This document shows positions 52,375 to 64,000 of a DNA stretch of 64,000 bases, in pieces. Numbering within the stretch: position 1 is the first letter of the stretch; each line of letters starts with the position of its first letter. The stretch covers positions 19,592,001 to 19,656,000 of the forward strand of contig OZ024761.1 in the NCBI GenBank assembly GCA_964016885.1, written 5' to 3'. The position numbers were made by a program, and so were the translations under genes. This stretch comes from Eledone cirrhosa (lineage: Eukaryota). The notes beneath the pieces are model-generated. The model was not told where the DNA came from, ran no database searches, and was given only the letters and a program-made list of their open reading frames with translations.

Positions 52375-53060
52375 AGATAGTATCAGCAATGGAAACATTG
52401 TCTCCTTGGTCCAATCTGATGATTGACTTCTTTCTTGTGTCAGGAGCTGTGACTGGTAGATAGTATCAGCAATGGAAACATCGTCTCCTTGGTCCAATCT
52501 GATGATTGACTTCTTTCTTGTGTCAGGAGCTGTGACTGGTAGATAGTATCAGCAATGGAAACATCGTCTCCTTGGTCCAATCTGATGATTGACTTCTTTC
52601 TTGTGTCAGGAGCTGTGACTGGTAGATAGTATCAGCAATGGAAACATTGTCTCCTTGGTCCAATCTGATGATTGACTTCTTTCTTGTGTCAGGAGCTGTG
52701 ACTGGTAGATAGTATCAGCAATGGAAACATCGTCTCCTTGGTCCAATCTGATGATTGACTTCTTTCTTGTGTCAGGAGCTGTGACTGGTAGATAGTATCA
52801 GCAATGGAAACATTGTCTCCTTGGTCCAATCTGATGATTGACTTCTTTCTTGTGTCAGGAGCTGTGACTGGTAGATAGTATCAGCAATGGAAACATTGTC
52901 TCCTTGGTCCAATCTGATGATTGACTTCTTTCTTGTGTCAGGAGCTGTGACTGGTAGATAGTATCAGCAATGGAAACATTGTCTCCTTGGTCCAATCTGA
53001 TGATTGACTTCTTTCTTGTGTCAGGAGCTGTGACTGGTAGATAGTATCAGCAATGGAAAG
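52375..53060. repeat. 83-bp tandem array within a SINE-B-like element; inverted relatives at 40860-41100
   Basis: AGATAGTATCAGCAATGGAAACAT.GTCTCCTTGGTCCAATCTGATGATTGACTTC... repeated ~8 times. Confidence 0.92.
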
Positions 53061-53349
53061 ACCAATGGAAACAATGTTTCTTTGGTCTGATTTAACAAGT
53101 TCCTATTATGTCGTGAATGCTTGTGGCTAAGTGGTTTGAGAATTGGATTCACAATTGTGAGGTTGTGAGTTCGATTCCCAGACCAAGCGATACAGTATGT
53201 CTTTGAGCAAAACACTTTATTTCACTTCGCTCTTTCTGCCAGTTGTTGTAGCTGACAGATAGTATCAACACTGGAAACATTGTCTCCTTGGTTCAATCTC
53301 ATGATCGACTCCTTTCTTCTGCCTGGAGTTGTGATTGACAGATAGTGTC

Positions 53350-53660
53350 ACTTTTACAGAGTGTATCGGGTGCATTTCATAATAGCACCAGCACTATCAA
53401 TTTTATAGTGTATCAGGTGCATTTCATAATAGCACCAGCACTATCAATTTTATAGTGTATCAGGTGCATTTCATAATAGCACCAGCACTATCAATTTTAT
53501 AGTGTATCGGGTGCATTTCATAATAGCACCAGCACTATCAATTTTATAGTGTATCGGGTGCATTTTATATTGGCACCAGCACTGTCAATTTTATAGAGTG
53601 TACCCGGGTGCATTTTATGATGGCACCACCACCATCACTTTTACAGAGTGTACTGGGTGC
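53350..53660. repeat. 42-bp tandem array
   Basis: GTGCATTTCATAATAGCACCAGCACTATCAATTTTATAGTGTATC.G. Confidence 0.88.
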
Positions 53661-53872
53661 ACAGTGGAAGCGTGGCTAAGCCCCTATGCTATATACCACA
53701 GTTCACATCTAAGTTAGGGTCGTTGACATGTATCTGTGGCCAAGGTACATAACTCTTGTGGCTCCAGTTTGTCTGACCCAATAAAAACACATCCTCCACA
53801 GCTGAAATAACAGACCATTCCACACAAACAAGCCCTCCTACATATGGTTGGTTGGTAAATTGGATGCAGAAC

Positions 53873-53927
<55 letters not shown>

Positions 53928-54063
53928 ATCTATATACACATGTACACATACATACATACATATGTACATATATATATATATACACACACATGTATACACG
54001 ATTCCCCCCAAAAATGTATACACACTGTATATAATGCATACATATATATATATATACATAATG

Positions 54064-54103
<40 letters not shown>

Positions 54104-54167
54104 ATGCATACATATATATATATATATATATATATACCTATATATATATATACATACACACACATAT

Positions 54168-54198
<31 letters not shown>

Positions 54199-54223
54199 AC
54201 ATATATATGTATATATATATGTG

Positions 54224-54292
<69 letters not shown>

Positions 54293-54475
54293 GTGTGTGT
54301 GTGTGTATATATATATGTGTGTGTGTGTGTGTGTATATATATATGTGTGTGTGTGTGTATATATATATGTGTGTGTGTGTGTGTATATATATATGTGTGT
54401 GTGTGTGTAAATATATATATATATGTGTGCGTATATATATATGTGTGTGTATATATATTTGTGTGTATATATATT

Positions 54476-54528
<53 letters not shown>

Positions 54529-54537
54529 ATATATATT

Positions 54538-54590
<53 letters not shown>

Positions 54591-55689
54591 ATATATATAT
54601 ATGTGATATTTGGGGAGGGTCATATTTGCGTAATATTGCCAGAATTAATAACAGAACACACTCACTGTTTGGTTGGTTTTCGCTTCTCGCTGTCTTTTAT
54701 ATATATATATCTGCGATCTAACTTACTCGGTCCTCAATGTTGCCATTGACTGACCGGCGGTCAAAAATAATACAGATACAATATAGACACAAACACATAT
54801 ATATAGTTTACATAATTTACATAAATCTTTCGTTGCACATCTGCAACATCGTCAGTGGTGTTATATTCATTGTTCCTCCTGTTGTGTTGTATGTCTACGC
54901 CATTTTTTTTTTTTGTTCAGTCTGTCTATATATTTATTTATTTATTTGCTTGTTTGTTTATCTTATTTTATTTTGTCTTCTTTGCGCATGTGTTTGCGTG
55001 TGTGTATAGTGTTATGTGTGATGTTATGTGTGTATAGTGTTATATATATGTGTGTGTATATATATTTTTGTCTTTTTACTTGTTTCAGTCATTAGACTGG
55101 ATCCATGCTGGGTCAATGCATTAAACACACATTTACACAGATACTATATGTTGATGATATAGACCACCACATCACACCACCATTAACACCTTCACTACCA
55201 CCACCACAGCCACACCACTACCACCACACCACCACCACCACCCAACCCATCATCATTAACACCTTCACTACCACCACAACACCACCTCCACACTACACCA
55301 CCACCACCACCACCACCACCACAACAACAGATGCCAACATATTTTTTTGTCTTGTTCATAGTTTTATGTCTTTTGTTTTCTAATCCAATTTTCTTTCACC
55401 TTTGGCAGGTGACTTAGAGATTGATGAAGTGGTGTAGTGGAGAGGTGTGTGTGGTCGGTGTAGTGGAGGTGGTAGGTCAATAGTTTGGTGCAATGATTGT
55501 TATAACATCTAAAGAATTCCTGCAATAGTTGGGATATGTTACCTCAATTTATGTTACCTCAATTTTCCTGTCAACTGTTAAAATAACACCTTGACAATTC
55601 CTGTCTGAACCTATATCAGTTCTTTTGTCCTAGATACACCAGATGTGTGTTTGCTTGTGTGTGACCAAATTAGGGAAAGTGTCAAATTA

Positions 55690-56440
55690 GACAGTTTTGG
55701 GTTTCATGCCTGGGAAAGAAGTACTACAGATGCCCTCTTCTAATAAGGCAACTACAAGAGAAGTTCCTAGCCAAGAATAAGCCACTACATTTAGCTTGTG
55801 TTGATCTAGAAAAGGCCTTTGACAGAGTACCTCAATCCATTATCTGGTGGCCCTTAAGAAAATTAGGTGTAGAAAAAAAGCTTGTGAAAGCAATGCAAGC
55901 CATGCACAGAGGAGCTGTCAGTAAAGCAAGAGTAGGAAGTACTACAGCAAGATGTGAGTTTAGAGAGGAATTCAAGGTACAAGTAGGAGTTCATCAAGGT
56001 TCGGTTCTTAACCCACTGCTGTTAATCATAATTCTCCAGGCCACAACTGAGGAGTTTAATACTGGCTGCCCATAGGTACTTCTCTATGCAGATGATTAAG
56101 TCCTTTGAGCCAAATCCATAAAAGAACTAGAGAATAAGTTCTGTCTATGGAAACGGAATTTGGAATCAAAGGGTCTGAGAGTAAACTCATCCAAAACTAA
56201 AGTGCTAGTGAGTTGGAAAGAAGATAGGAAGTGACCCTGCTCAATATGTAGAAAAGGAGTAGGCATAAACTCCATGCGGTGTACACAATGTAAATCTTGG
56301 GTACACAAAAGATGTAGTGGGATAATGAGTAGACTAACAGGAAAGAAAACTTTGTATGTAGAAGATGCACAGGAGTAATTGAGGGTAAGAGCACCAGTGC
56401 TATAAACCTCTTCAAGTCACAGGAAGTGTCCATAGAAGTA
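55690..56440 (+). mobile_element. Degraded RTE LINE reverse-transcriptase fragment
   Basis: STTDALF.IRQLQEK...DLEKAFDRVP...GVHQGSVL.PLL...LYADD with stops, followed by a Cys-rich C..C...C..C..WVH..C motif. Confidence 0.88.
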
Positions 56441-57652
56441 ACTATATGCCACTAAGTATGTTGTCCGACGCTCTACCGAGACTGCCAGTCCACCACCTTC
56501 ACCATAATAATTGTTTCTACTTTTGGCACAAGTGCATTACTGGTACTTTATTTTATCGACCCTGTAAGGATGAAAGGCAAAGTTAATCTTGGCGGGATTT
56601 GAACTCAGAATGGCAAGGGCCGTAACTCTATGCTGCAAAGCAATGCATCCGACCCTCTACCGATACTGCCAATCCACCACCCTCACTATAATAATTGTTT
56701 CTACTTTTGGCACAAAGCCAGCAATTACCCCAGTGTATTACTAGTACTTTATTTTATCAACCCCGTAAGGATGAAAGGCAAAGTTAATCTTGGCGGGATT
56801 TCAACTCAGAACGCAAAGGGCCATAACTCTGTGCTGGAAAGCATGGTGTCTGACGCTCTAAAAATACTGCCAAATAATGGTTTCTGATTTAGGAACAAGG
56901 CCAGCTATTTTAGGGGAGGGGAAAGTCAATTAAATCGACCCCCAGTACGTGACTGGTACTTTATTTTATAAACCCCATAAGGATGAAAGGCAAAGCTAAC
57001 CTTGGCGGGATTTGAACTCTGGACGTAAAGGGCCGTAACTCTATGCTACAAAGCGTGGTTAATAATAATATGCTGGTAATAATAATTAAGGTAAACATTT
57101 TCTGAGTAAGGACTAAAGATGGGCGCTAATAGTTGTTATACATATTAATTACTGCTATCACTACACCAACTACTACTACCACTACTAACACCACACACTA
57201 CCACACCAACCACTATAACCGCCAGCACATCACCACCACCACCAGTACCACCACCACCACACCGACCGCCACCACCACCACCATCACCACCACCCACTAC
57301 TACCACCACCACCACCACACCACCACCACCACCACCACCACCACCACCCACCGCCACTGCACTAACCACCGCCACTACCACCACTACTACACCGACCACT
57401 ACCACCCACTGCCGCCACTACAGGTGTCTGGAACGCCAGCACAGATTGGACAGGTGCCAAGATGTTGGACAGGTGAAAATTGGCTTCTTGAGTGTACATG
57501 GTGTGGGTGTGGGGCAGTAAACATAAGTGTGTGTGTGTGTGTGTGTGTAGGGGTGTAACTTAAGTCTGTTGAAAACATATCTAGCTTCTTTATTCATGTC
57601 TGTACACACACACATGCAATTAGTGTATGTGTTAGCAATGTGTGAGTGTGTG

Positions 57653-57683
<31 letters not shown>

Positions 57684-57819
57684 ATGTATATATGTGTGTG
57701 TGTGTGTGTATATATATATAAATGTATGTATACTGAGAGAACAGATCAGCCGGTGATAACACATTCAACCCTTGCTAATAAGGAAAATGGCAGTTAAATG
57801 ATGATGATGATGATGATGA

Positions 57820-57889
<70 letters not shown>

Positions 57890-58339
57890 ATCTACACACA
57901 CTCAATCAGACAACTAATTCAAATTCAATGTGTGTATATATATATATATATGTGTGACTGTATATGTGTATGTATGTATGTATGTATGTATATATGTGTG
58001 TATCATCATCATCATCATTTTACGTCCGCTTTTCCCTGCTTGCAAGGGTGGGTGTGTATATATATATATGTGTGTGTGTGTGTGTCTGTGTGTGTGTTAT
58101 ATGATTAGGACAATGTCTGTCCATTCCAGATGTGTAAGTCAGGTACCAGACATGACAAAAAGTTTGACAAGAACACCAGCCACAACTGTAGCAGCTGCCT
58201 CCCCACCGCCAAAGTAAAATTATATATATATGTATGTACATATACGTGTATGTACATATACGTGTGTGTATATATACGTGTGCGTATATATATTTATATG
58301 TTATATATACATATATATGCACATATATATAGACATATG

Positions 58340-61300
58340 TATACGCGAACTGCAAGCATAAACGAATTGAGAGCGGGACTGAGCATAAGAGGAATCAAAT
58401 GCTGTGTGCAGGAGAGGAGGAGGTTGTGTTGGTATGGACATGTGATGCGTATGAAGGATGACGGCTGCATAAAAAGGTGCAGAGCACTAGAAGTCGATGG
58501 AAGCCATTGAGTGGGGGAGACCCAAGAAGACGATGGAAGCCATGGAGTGGGGGAGACCCAAGAAGACGATGGAAGCCATGGAGTGGGGGAGAACCAAGAA
58601 GAGGATGGAAGCCATGGAGTGGGGGAGAACCAAGAAGAGGATAGAAGCCATGGAGTGGGGGAGAACCAAGAAGAGGATAGAAGCCATGGAGTGGGGGAGA
58701 ACCAAGAAGAGGATGGAAGCCATTGAGTGGGGGAGACCCAAGAAGACGATGGAAGCCATGGAGTGGGGGAGACCCAAGAAGAGGATGGAAGCCATGGAGT
58801 GGGGGAGACCCAAGAAGAGGATGGAAGCCATGGAGTGGGGGAGACCCAAGAAGACGATGGAAGCCATGGAGTGGGGGAGACCCAAGAAGTCGATGGAAGC
58901 CATGGAGTGGGGGAGACCGAAGAAGAGGATGGAAGCCATGGAGTGGGGGAGACCCAAGAAGAGGATGGAAGCCATGGAGTGGGGGAGACCCAAGAAGACG
59001 ATGGAAGCCATGGAGTGGGGGAGACCGAAGAAGAGGATGGAAGCCATGGAGTGGGGGAGACCCAAGAAGAGGATGGAAGCCATGGAGTGGGGGAGACCCA
59101 AGAAGACGATGGAAGCCATGGAGTGGGGGAGACCCAAGAAGACGATGGAAGCCATGGAGTGGGGGAGACCCAAGAAGACGATGGAAGCCATGGAGTGGGG
59201 GAGACCCAAGAAGAGGATGGAAGCCATGGAGTGGGGGAGACCCAAGAAGAGGATGGAAGCCATGGAGTGGGGGAGACCCAAGAAGAGGATGGAAGCCATG
59301 GAGTGGGGGAGACCCAAGAAGAGGATGGAAGCCATGGAGTGGGGGAGACCCAAGAAGACGATGGAAGCCATGGAGTGGGGGAGACCCAAGAAGACGATGG
59401 AAGCCATGGAGTGGGGGAGACCCAAGAAGACGATGGAAGCCATGGAGTGGGGGAGACCCAAGAAGAGGATGGAAGCCATGGATTGGGGGAGACCCAAGAA
59501 GAGGATGGAAGCCATGGAGTGGGGGAGACCCAAGAAGAGGATGGAAGCCATGGAGTGGGGGAGACCCAAGAAGAGGATGGAAGCCATGGAGTGGGGGAGA
59601 CCCAAGAAGAGGATGGAAGCCATGGATTGGGGGAGACCCAAGAAGAGGATGGAAGCCATGGAGTGGGGGAGACCCAAGAAGAGGATGGAAGCCATGGAGT
59701 GGGGGAGACCCAAGAAGACGATGGAAGCAATGGAGTGGGGGAGACCGAAGAAGACGATGGAAGCCATGGAGTGGGGGAGACCCAAGAAGAGGATGGAAGC
59801 CATGGAGTGGGGGAGACCCAAGAAGAGGATAGAAGCCATGGATTGGGGGAGACCCAAGAAGAGGATAGAAGCCATGGATTGGGGGAGACCCAAGAAGAGG
59901 ATAGAAGCCATGGAGTGGGGGAGACCCAAGAAGAGGATAGAAGCCATGGATTGGGGGAGACCCAAGAAGACGATGGAAGCCATGGAGTGGGGGAGACCCA
60001 AGAAGAGGATAGAAGCCATGGATTGGGGGAGACCCAAGAAGAGGATGGAAGCCATGGAGTGGGGGAGACCCAAGAAGAGGATAGAAGCCATGGATTGGGG
60101 GAGACCCAAGAAGACGATGGAAGCCATGGAGTGGGGGAGACCCAAGAAGAGGATGGAAGCCATGGATTGGGGGAGACCCAAGAAGAGGATGGAAGCCATG
60201 GATTGGGGGAGACCCAAGAAGACGATGGAAGCCATGGAGTGGGGGAGACCCAAGAAGAGGATAGAAGCCATGGATTGGGGGAGACCCAAGAAGACGATGG
60301 AAGCCATGGAGTGGGGGAGACCCAAGAAGACGATGGAAGCCATGGAGTGGGGGAGACCCAAGAAGTCGATGGAAGCCATGGAGTGGGGGAGAACCAAGAA
60401 GAGGATAGAAGCCATGGAGTGGGGGAGACCCAAGAAGAGGATGGAAGTCATGGATTGGGGGAGACCCAAGAAGAGGATAGAAGCCATGGAGTGGGGGAGA
60501 CCCAAGAAGAGGATAGAAGCCATGGAGTGGGGGAGACCCAAGAAGAGGATAGAAGCCATGGATTGGGGGAGACCCAAGAAGAGGATAGAAGCCATGGATT
60601 GGGGGAGACCCAAGAAGAGGATGGAAGCCATGGAGTGGGGGAGACCCAAGAAGACGATGGAAGCCATGGATTGGGGGAGACCCAAGAAGACGATGGAAGC
60701 CATGGAGTGGGGGAGACCCAAGAAGACGATAGAAGCCATGGAGTGGGGGAGACCCAAGAAGAGGATAGAAGCCATGGATTGGGGGAGACCCAAGAAGACG
60801 ATGGAAGCCATGGAGTGGGGGAGACCCAAGAAGACGATGGAAGCCATGGAGTGGGGGAGACCCAAGAAGTCGATGGAAGCCATGGAGTGGGGGAGAACCA
60901 AGAAGAGGATAGAAGCCATGGAGTGGGGGAGACCCAAGAAGAGGATGGAAGCCATGGATTGGGGGAGACCCAAGAAGAGGATAGAAGCCATGGAGTGGGG
61001 GAGACCCAAGAAGTCGATGGAAGCCATGGAGTGGGGGAGACCCAAGAAGACGATGGAAGCCATGGAGTGGGGGAGACCGAAGAAGAGGATGGAAGCCATG
61101 GAGTGGGGGAGACCCAAGAAGACGATGGAAGCCATGGATTGGGGGAGACCCAAGAAGACGATGGAAGCCATGGAGTGGGGGAGACCCAAGAAGACGATGG
61201 AAGCCATGGAGTGGGGGAGACCGAAGAAGAGGATGGAAGCCATGGAGTGGGGGAGACCCAAGAAGACGATGGAAGCCATGGATTGGGGGAGACCCAAGAA

Positions 61301-62405
61301 GACGATGGAAGCCATGGAGTGGGGGAGACCCAAGAAGACGATGGAAGCCATGGATTGGGGGAGACCCAAGAAGACGATGGAAGCCATGGAGTGGGGGAGA
61401 CCCAAGAAGACGATGGAAGCCATGGAGTGGGGGAGACCGAAGAAGAGGATGGAAGCCATGGAGTGGGGGAGACCCAAGAAGACGATGGAAGCCATGGATT
61501 GGGGGAGACCCAAGAAGAGGATGGAAGCCATGGATTGGGGGAGACCCAAGAAGTCGATGGAAGCCATGGAGTGGGGGAGACCCAAGAAGACGATGGAAGC
61601 CATGGAGTGGGGGAGACCGAAGAAGAGGATGGAAGCCATGGAGTGGGGGAGACCCAAGAAGACGATGGAAGCCATGGAGTGGGGGAGACCGAAGAAGAGG
61701 ATGGAAGCCATGGAGTGGGGGAGACCCAAGAAGACGATGGAAGCCATGGAGTGGGGGAGACCGAAGAAGAGGATGGAAGCCATGGAGTGGGGGAGACCCA
61801 AGAAGACGATGGAAGCCATGGAGTGGGGGAGACCCAAGAAGACGATGGAAGCCATGGAGTGGGGGAGACCCAAGAAGAGGATAGAAGCCATGGAGTGGGG
61901 GAGACCCAAGAAGAGGATGGAAGCCATGGAGTGGGGGAGAACCAAGAAGAGGATAGAAGCCATGGAGTGGGGGAGACCCAAGAAGAGGATGGAAGCCATG
62001 GAGTGGGGGAGACCCAAGAAGAGGATGGAAGCCATGGAGTGGGGGAGACCCAAGAAGAGGATGGAAGCCATGGAGTGGGGGAGAACCAAGAAGAGGATAG
62101 AAGCCATGGAGTGGGGGAGACCCAAGAAGAGGATAGAAGCCATGGAGTGGGGGAGACCGAAGAAGAGGATGGAAGCCATGGAGTGGGGGAGACCCAAGAA
62201 GAGGATAGAAGCCATGGAGTGGGGGAGACCCAAGAAGAGGATAGAAGCCATGGAGTGGGGGAGACCCAAGAAGACGATGGAATCCATGGATTGGGGGAGA
62301 CCCAAGAAGACCTGGGATGAGGTGATAAAAACCTGACCTTACCCAATTGCACTTCTCAAAGGCAATGACACACGACTGTGACCTCTGGCGTCATGCAGTA
62401 ATACA
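58340..62405 (+). mobile_element. RTE LINE 3' fragment internally expanded by a 36-bp tandem array
   Basis: Left flank SINELRAGL...WYGHVMRM...CRALEVDGSH; right flank RPKKTWDEVIKT...HDCDLWR. Confidence 0.85.
58495..62310 (+). repeat. 36-bp minisatellite, ~106 units
   Basis: Unit GATGGAAGCCATGGAGTGGGGGAGACCCAAGAAGAC with a few recurrent variants. Confidence 0.97.
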
Positions 62406-62439
62406 GAAATACAGAAAGCAAACATTAAAACGATGTTGG

Positions 62440-63590
62440 CGATTGCTAGCAGGGAGAGGGCACACGAAAACGACGATGATGATGATTGCTAGCAGGGAAA
62501 GGGGACATTCAAACAATGATGATGATTGCTAGCAGGGAAAGGGCACACGAAAACGACAATGATTGCTAGCAGGGAAAGCGGACATTAAAACGATGATGAT
62601 GACGATGATTGCTAGCAGGGAAAGCGGACATTAAAACAATGATGATGATTGCTAGCAGGGAAAGGGCACATTAAAATGATGATGATTGCTAGCAGGGAAA
62701 GGGCACATTAAAATGATGATGATTGCTAGCAGGAAAAGGCCACATTAAAATGACGATGATGATGATTGCTAGCAGGAAAGGGGCACATTAAAATGATGAT
62801 GATTGCTAGCAGGGAAAGGCCACATTAAAATGACGATGATGATGATTGCTAGCAGGAAAAGGACACATTAAAAGATGATGATGATGATTGCTAGCGGGGA
62901 AAGGGAATATTAAAACGATGATGATGATTGCTAGCAGGGAAAGCGGACATTAAAACTATGATGATGATGATGATGATTGTTAGCAGGGAAAGGGGACATT
63001 CAAACAATGATGATGATTGCTAGCAGGGAAAGGACACATTAAAACGATGATGATTGCTAGCAGGGAAAGGACACATTAAAATGACGATGATGATGATTGC
63101 TAGTGGGGAAGGGCCACATTAAAATGACGATGATGATGATTGCTAGCAGGGAAAGGCCACATTAAAATGATGATGATTGCTAGCAGGGAAAGGGGGGGGG
63201 CATTAAAACAATGATGACAGTGCTGACAATGATGATGATGATGATTGCTAGCAGGGAAAGGGAGGGGGGGTGCATTAAAACAATGATGACAGTGCTGACA
63301 ATGATGATGATGATGATTGCTAGCAGGGAAAGAGAGGGGGGGGGGACATCAAAACAATGATGACAGTGCTGACAATGATGATGATGATGATTGCTAGCAG
63401 GGAAAGGGAGGGGGGGACATTAAAACAATGATGACAATGACAATGATGATGATTGCTAGCAGGGAAAGGGAGGGGGGGGGGACATCAAAACAATGATGAC
63501 AGTGCTGACAATGCTGACAATGATTGCTAGCAGGGAAAGGGAGGGAGGGGGGGGGACATTAAAACAATGATGACAATGACAATGAAGATA
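62440..63590 (+). repeat. Tandem array of the RTE/SINE 3' tail
   Basis: Variable 38-65 bp units GCTAGCAGGGAAAG..CACATTAAAA(ATG)n. Confidence 0.9.
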
Positions 63591-64000
63591 ATTGTCAGTT
63601 GTTTATTCATGACAAAGTAAATTTCTAAATATTATACATGCTTGTTTATCATTTCAAATTATTTTCTAGAGTGGAACAGGATGTGCCACTAATTGACCAA
63701 ATTGTACAGAAGTCCTCGGGTTACACAAGTGTGAAGGTGCATGGCTTAGTGGTTAGAGCACTGGGCTTGCAATCGAAAGGTTGTGAGTTCGATTCTCGGA
63801 CCGGGTGATGTGTTTGTGTCCTTGAGCAAGAGACTTTATTTCACGTTGCTCCAATTTACTCAGCTGTAGAAATGAGTTGCGATCCTGCCAAATCAATGGG
63901 TGGCAGTAGTTCCAGCTGCACGCATCGAAAGACTGGTGTAGTGCTTTGCAGATGATCAATGCAAATTGACAATGGAAAGGCGCTCCCCCCCGCTCGAGTT

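Noticed and set aside
54655-54780. Possible first exon of the EMI gene or a hammerhead on -
   Set aside because: Donor-like GTGAGT/GTAAGT and CpGs are present, but there is no independent support; the hammerhead-like words lack helix I pairing.
58487-62352. 1279-, 1272- and 1197-aa repetitive ORFs on both strands
   Set aside because: Artefact of a 36-bp (multiple of 3) array inside a LINE fragment; open in several frames, with no splice or gene context.

Overview
AT-rich, microsatellite-dense eukaryotic genomic DNA. The SINE, RTE-LINE and (TA)n landscape suggests a coleoid cephalopod (octopus-like), which is an inference. Two spliced genes can be reconstructed with consistent GT-AG phases. 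(1) The last nine coding exons of a lin-9 (DREAM/MuvB subunit) orthologue on + (753-13123). (2) A complete nine-exon, 620-aa type I membrane protein on - (46784-33457) with a signal peptide, one EMI domain (PNVC...CCPGY...C), an S/T/P stalk, one TM helix and a long tyrosine-motif-rich tail, but no EGF repeats. A CpG-rich E2F/CDE-CHR/CCAAT promoter-like island with a splice donor lies at ~22070-22230 with no identifiable downstream coding exons. The most striking hidden signal is a swarm of short, mutually divergent elements, mostly within (TA)n tracts. They carry type I hammerhead ribozyme cores (helix I-CTGANGA-helix II-GAAA-palindromic loop-UH-helix I'). Most are long foldback palindromes with a one-sided tail, and several tails share GAGT(G/A)CT. 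They resemble Penelope-like/retrozyme remnants. The rest is SINEs, RTE and CR1-like LINE fragments, MITEs and many transposon-seeded minisatellites, which explain nearly all long ORFs in the ORF track.
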